Below the pieces are notes generated by a model. That model worked only from the letters and a program-made list of their open reading frames with translations. It was not told where the DNA came from and ran no database searches. A stretch of 64,000 bases of DNA from Mytilus trossulus. Its lineage: Eukaryota. This document shows positions 58,901 to 64,000 of this stretch, in pieces; position 1 is the stretch's first letter, and each line of letters opens with the position of its first letter. The position numbers were made by a program, and so were the translations under genes. The stretch spans positions 61,008,001-61,072,000 of the forward strand of contig NC_086383.1 in assembly GCF_036588685.1 (NCBI RefSeq), written 5' to 3'.

Positions 58901-61900
58901 ATCGAATGACAATATTCGTTTCATTTTCTGATGCGTATGATGAATAATAGTCGGTCTTTTTTCTATATACTAGTAAAAAAAATGTCCTTACTATTTACAA
59001 TCAAAATTTGACGTGCAGTAATCAATCTATTTGTGCAAATGAGAGACGGTCGAAAGATACCAAAAAATTAAAATGACGAAATTTCCTAAATCCTAACATC
59101 CTTTCAAGTAACATGTAATTCTTTTAACTTTAAGTATTTTTCTTCTATTTAACTGTGTTTATCGTTAATTTTTTTCAGCGTTTGATTGTTTCGACATTGG
59201 ACTTTTTATGTTTAAAAAAGGATATAACAGATTGGCTATACAATGGTTCTATACCACATTAACAAAACAGCAAGAAATCAAATCTACAAAACAGAACATA
59301 AAGATATTCCGCTCAATAATCATTGGTTTAATAGAAAATGCAAAACGACAGGTAAGTTATAGTATGTTCAGTCCTTTAAATTGACTTTAATCCCGCTGCA
59401 AATGCTTGCACCTCTCATCAGTCAGGAACTTGATGTACAAGTAGTTGTCGTTTGTTTATGTAATATATACGTGTTTCTTGTTTCTCGTTTTTTTATATAG
59501 ATTAGACCGTTGGTTTTCCCGTTTGAATGGTTTTACTCTAGTAAAACGACAGGTAAGTGTAAGGATGTTCACTCCTCTGTTTATACATAACTAAAAAAAG
59601 CTTGTATAAGTTGATACGATATAAATGAAGGAACTAAAAAAGTATTGGCTGCTTGTTTTTAAAATATATGAAAAGTAGAATCACATAAAAACTGAACTCC
59701 GAGGACAATTCATAACGAAAAGTCGCTAACCAAATGGCAAAATCAAAAGCTCAAACACATAGAATAAATAGATAACAACTCAGTGTCACATTCCTGACTT
59801 GGTACATGCATTTCTTATGTAAAAATGATGGAATGTACCTGGTTTTCTATCTAGCTAAACCTTTTACTTGTATGACAGTCGTGTCAAATTCCATTTATAT
59901 TGACAACGATATGTGAACAGAACAAACAGAATTTATAGGTAAAAGTGTCCAAAATTGGGGTACAGCAATTGACAATTAGATTGGACTTTATTCTCTCTAG
60001 ATTGTTCATGCATTTAACGTTGGCACCTTTTTTCTTTCAACAACTATGAAAAAATAACAAGGATTGTAAAAGAGTTTCAAAAATATATTTTTTTTATAAA
60101 TAGCATGTTATATAAAATTATGAAAACAAAAGTGGGGGTTAATAGGCCATTTTTAATAATTTTGCATTTCATGAATAAAACGAAAGGATTTGAATATCTG
60201 ATAAAAAGAAATATGCCAAACTAGTCTAGTAAAGGTCAACTTTGCTTGAGATAAAAGAACTTTAGTTCGTAGTGTGAATAATCACAATTAATCCTCCAAC
60301 AATGAACAAAACAAACCGTTTAGAAAGCTTTGACAGTTTGGCTGCTGCGTACTGTATAGCACCATGCACTCGTTTCTATCTATCAGAAATTCGAATATCT
60401 ATATGTAACAGAATCTTCAATAACGAATAGATAGTTAACATTTCCCATGGGCGGAAAAGTGCATGGGTGTACAACCCACATGACCATCATTCTGTCTTTT
60501 GTTTTATTTATTTCATTTACAGTTTGTTTAATTACAGGAAATTAAAGCAGAAAAGGAAACAAGAATGAGAATTGCATTTACTACACTCCAAAAAGGTAAT
60601 ATCAAACGACCCTTCGGTCTTAGAAGGAAAATACGGATATAGTTTTTTCAATTTTGCTGATAAAAATTATAAATCATTTCAAATTAAGGAATGTTTCTCC
60701 AGTCCCTTATTCAACGTATTATGTGGCATATGAATCTATGCCGAGTCTCATATTTAAAACTCTGATGGCATTCCGTATGACACAAAATATCCAGCAATGT
60801 TCTTCAATAAGAATTTTTTAAATACATGTAAATCAAATGAATTTGATAGTATATTAGAATTAACGGTCCTCCTTTATACACCATAACTCATGGTAGTGCT
60901 CCTATTTAAAGGAGACTCATACGGAGACAAGAAGAAGAGGTAAACCGTAAGAATCATTCATATTCTGGTTTTATTGATATTAAAAAAAAATATTTTATGG
61001 AAACCAAGGATTTGTATAGTAAGAAAGATTGGAATCTCGCGGTTTGTCGTAATCTCTTCCGCGGCGAGACTTTGCTACTCGCCACTACTTCTACATTTTG
61101 TACTCGTCACTTACGACTTCGGAACGTGATTTTTTTCGACGTAGTCGGTATAGTTTCGGTTTGTGCCCTTTGAAATTAAGGACGCTTAACTATGGCAACA
61201 GAATACGCATGCTCGAAAATCCTTTCTGTGATTGAACAAAATGCTGTCATGGTGGGTGATTTGTTTGTGTTTGAAAAAACGTCTCGTTAATTATATCGTA
61301 ATGGAAAGCAAGTGGAAAACTATAAATATTTGAACTAGATCTTACAAAGATTTACATTTTTTATTAAGAAAATACTTTCTCCAATAGCTCTTTGCATCCA
61401 TGACAGCTGTTTATTCGGGACAATTATACAATTTTCAATGTAAACTTTCTTGTACGAACGTACATGACTTTTAGAACGCACCTATGCATGTGAGATTTCC
61501 GCTGGGTTTTGGTGAATGTAAACAGAAAGATACGAGGACCGAGAATACTGAACACAAACATAGAAAACGTTATTTAAATGGTAAATCGAAATGATAGTTT
61601 TAAACATATACTCAAATTTTAATACGTCGGATATCTTTTTTAAAGATAGTTCTTGTTTATAATACAAATCCTTGTGGAAACCAATAAAGTTCAATCGGTA
61701 ATCATCGGGTGACTCCGCTTCTCTCATTCTATCCGTTAGATGAGGTACGGAATCGGCCGAGTTGTGACGATTGCAATAAAGTTTACATAACCTAAAGAGA
61801 GGAGAGAAAATACCACGACTGATATGCAACCGGTTGATATGCACGCCTCTTTTGATCGTGTACAAATCTATAACTGGACTTAAAATGATCTGATTGTTTC

Positions 61901-63971
61901 AAATAAAACTATTGTTAATTATAAACAAATAAACTCAGTTTTTAATGTCCCTTTAATGGTGTTAACTGTAATTTCAGTATTTCGTTCCTGAAAATGAAAA
62001 TCGTAACTTAAAACATAATTATAATCCTCATTTGTTTTATGTATAGATGATGACTCAAAATTTAAACAGAATTTGACTGCAGAATTACACGCAATGTTAA
62101 AAAACAAAACAATCAAATTTTATGGACCAGAACTGGACAGAAATTTAAAAGTAAACAAGAATTATGAGTTCTTATGCAGGAAACAGGTAAATAAACAATA
62201 ATTAAGAAAAACACGAATTTCAATTTCATTTATTTACGTCTATGTCTTTTTAACATTAATATTTGTGCCAATTCATTCTTTGTTGGATTTCATATTCAAC
62301 TTTGTCTCTACTAAGAGTGGTATAAATATCTCTTTTGTTTTGGTAGCACTTCCATATATATAGCTTTAATAGATATTCTGAAGCATTACACATAACGATT
62401 CATACGCATACCATATCTTCTTATGTCTATAATAAACAGTGGTATATATCAATATTTTTACAGATATCGTCTAGTTTATTTTATATATATATGTATGTAA
62501 TAAATGTCGCTGTGCGTGAAACATACAACACAAAACAACCAATCAATCATGTCATTTATACATTTCAGATCCTATATTCAGAGGGATACTGTAAATATTT
62601 AGGATATCCCTTCATCGGATTTTACTACCGACCAATCAAAATCGAGATCATCAACATATCACCAAGAATAATAGTTGTTCATGACATAATTAATATTGAT
62701 GTCATAAGTCACTTTACTGCAAAATCTTTTCAAGTAAGTTATTATAAAAAAAGAAGATGTGGCATGATTGCCAATGAGACAACTTTACTCAAGAGACCAA
62801 CTGACACTGAAATTAACAAGTATAGTATAATTAACCGTACCGCCTTCAACCATGATCAAGCGTATACCGCATGGCCCCGAAATGACAAATGTAAATGAAT
62901 TCAAACAAGAAAACTAACGACCTAATTTATGTTATAATTTTAAAATAATAAACGAAAAATAAATATGTATTACATTGCAACAAACGACAACCATACACTG
63001 AATAACAGGTTCCTGTCTTGGGAGAAGCACTAACAAAAATGTAGCGGTGTTAACCATGTGTCGTGGTCGATTTTCAATAATGATTATATAAAAATGAATT
63101 ATATATAAAAGTGGCTTACTTAAATTAAATACACAAAAAAGTTTGATATACGATTGTGTCTGATATTCTGATGAAAACATAATCTTTCAATCAGTTTGAT
63201 TGAGGTCTGGAGCTGGCATGTCAGTTACTGCTAGAAGTCTGTTGTTATTTATGTATTATTGTCATTTTGTTTATTTTCTTACTCTGACATCGGACTCGAA
63301 CTTCTCTTTAATTTCTCTTTTCGAGACTTAAAAACAACGTTGTATTGAACGAGATTCGGTAGTCGGGTCTGTCTCTCTGATAAAGTTCAATTATCTAAGC
63401 TGTAAAAATAAAATGTTAATATCTAACAAACCACGTAATGATTATAATAAAATATGCTTAAAGTAAAATCACAAAAATACTTCACTCCGGAGAAAATGGC
63501 AAAATCAAAAGCTCAAACACATCAAACGAATGGATAACAACTGTCTTACTCCTGACTTGATACAGGTATTTTCTTATGTAGAAAATGGTGGAATGAACAT
63601 GGTTTTACAGCTAGCTGAACCCCTTACTTGAATTTTCATAAAATTCTATTATAATGACGACAAGTCGGAGATAAACAAGCGAACCTAAAGAATTAGAAAG
63701 AAAATTTGTGATTGCTCAAAAACGATAATCTGCATGAAACTATTGAAGTGAGTTTTTTTCTCATTAGCCGATACACTAGTATAAAAAAAATGAGGTGGTA
63801 TGATTCGACGGTTGGCAGACCTTAAAAGGAATGGATTAAGTATAATTAAAGGTAAATATATATAAATATAGTATACAAATCTGAATTTTTTTTATAGCTT
63901 TCAAGATCTGAAGTAGTGAATTTAAAAGGCAATGATAGCAATGTCCAATCTGACCACAGAACAAGTTCAAC
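55985..63971 (+). CDS. P4HA: Second prolyl 4-hydroxylase alpha-like paralog, first 8 coding exons, continues past the window end
   Basis: Exons: 55985-56151 (MMSVRKLLVSVIITVNIFSCIGILFTCTKHF..); 57527-57687 (PNPVSMYLYAKT); 58403-58555 (KLQNTYNV); 59179-59351 (AFDCFDIG..IQWF); 60538-60595; 62047-62186 (YEFLCRK); 62569-62733 (CKYLG..PIKIE..SPRIIVVHDII); 63898-63971 (LSRSEVV..HRTSST). Exon phases are identical to the minus-strand gene, as are several lengths (153, 165, 74 nt). Confidence 0.9.
56185..56495 (-). mobile_element. tRNA-derived SINE, Meta-domain-like
   Basis: Minus-strand B-box GGTTCGATTCCC at ~56455-56466, followed by a central region resembling the MetaSINE core (plus strand GGGTGTCTTTAAC..ACACGGG..TTTATCGTCCC.TCCGA). 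Confidence 0.6.
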
Positions 63972-64000
63972 GTAAGTTCATCATGTATTAGATATAGTAA

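Noticed and set aside
61482-61865. 127-aa minus-strand ORF in a paralog intron
   Set aside because: No recognisable motif or splice context; cannot be supported.

Overview
AT-rich (~30% GC) animal genomic DNA. The repeat families suggest a bivalve mollusc, probably a Mytilus-type mussel (inference). There are no prokaryotic features and no CRISPR. I assembled three spliced genes by hand from GT-AG junctions and reading frame. (1) An ankyrin-repeat + Roc GTPase (ROCO-family) gene on the minus strand, 19893->2470, continuing off the left edge. (2) A complete 13-coding-exon, ~522-aa prolyl 4-hydroxylase alpha-like gene on the minus strand, 52405->28919, with intact HxD...H...K catalytic residues. 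(3) A divergent head-to-head P4H-alpha paralog on the plus strand, 55985->63971, running off the right edge. Introns hold a near-full-length inactivated non-LTR retrotransposon, two types of Penelope-like fragments, a hAT non-autonomous element with an 8-bp TSD, MITEs, a Meta-type SINE, Helentron-like repeats and about ten hammerhead-ribozyme (retrozyme) copies. The most interesting signals are RNA-processing features inside the minus-strand P4H gene: a recently duplicated, apparently mutually exclusive exon pair at the same exon that is mutually exclusive in human P4HA1; a ~28-copy tandem array built from the exon-2 splice acceptor itself; a sense-strand 300-bp tandem dimer carrying two hammerheads; and an inverted duplication bracketing exon 5.
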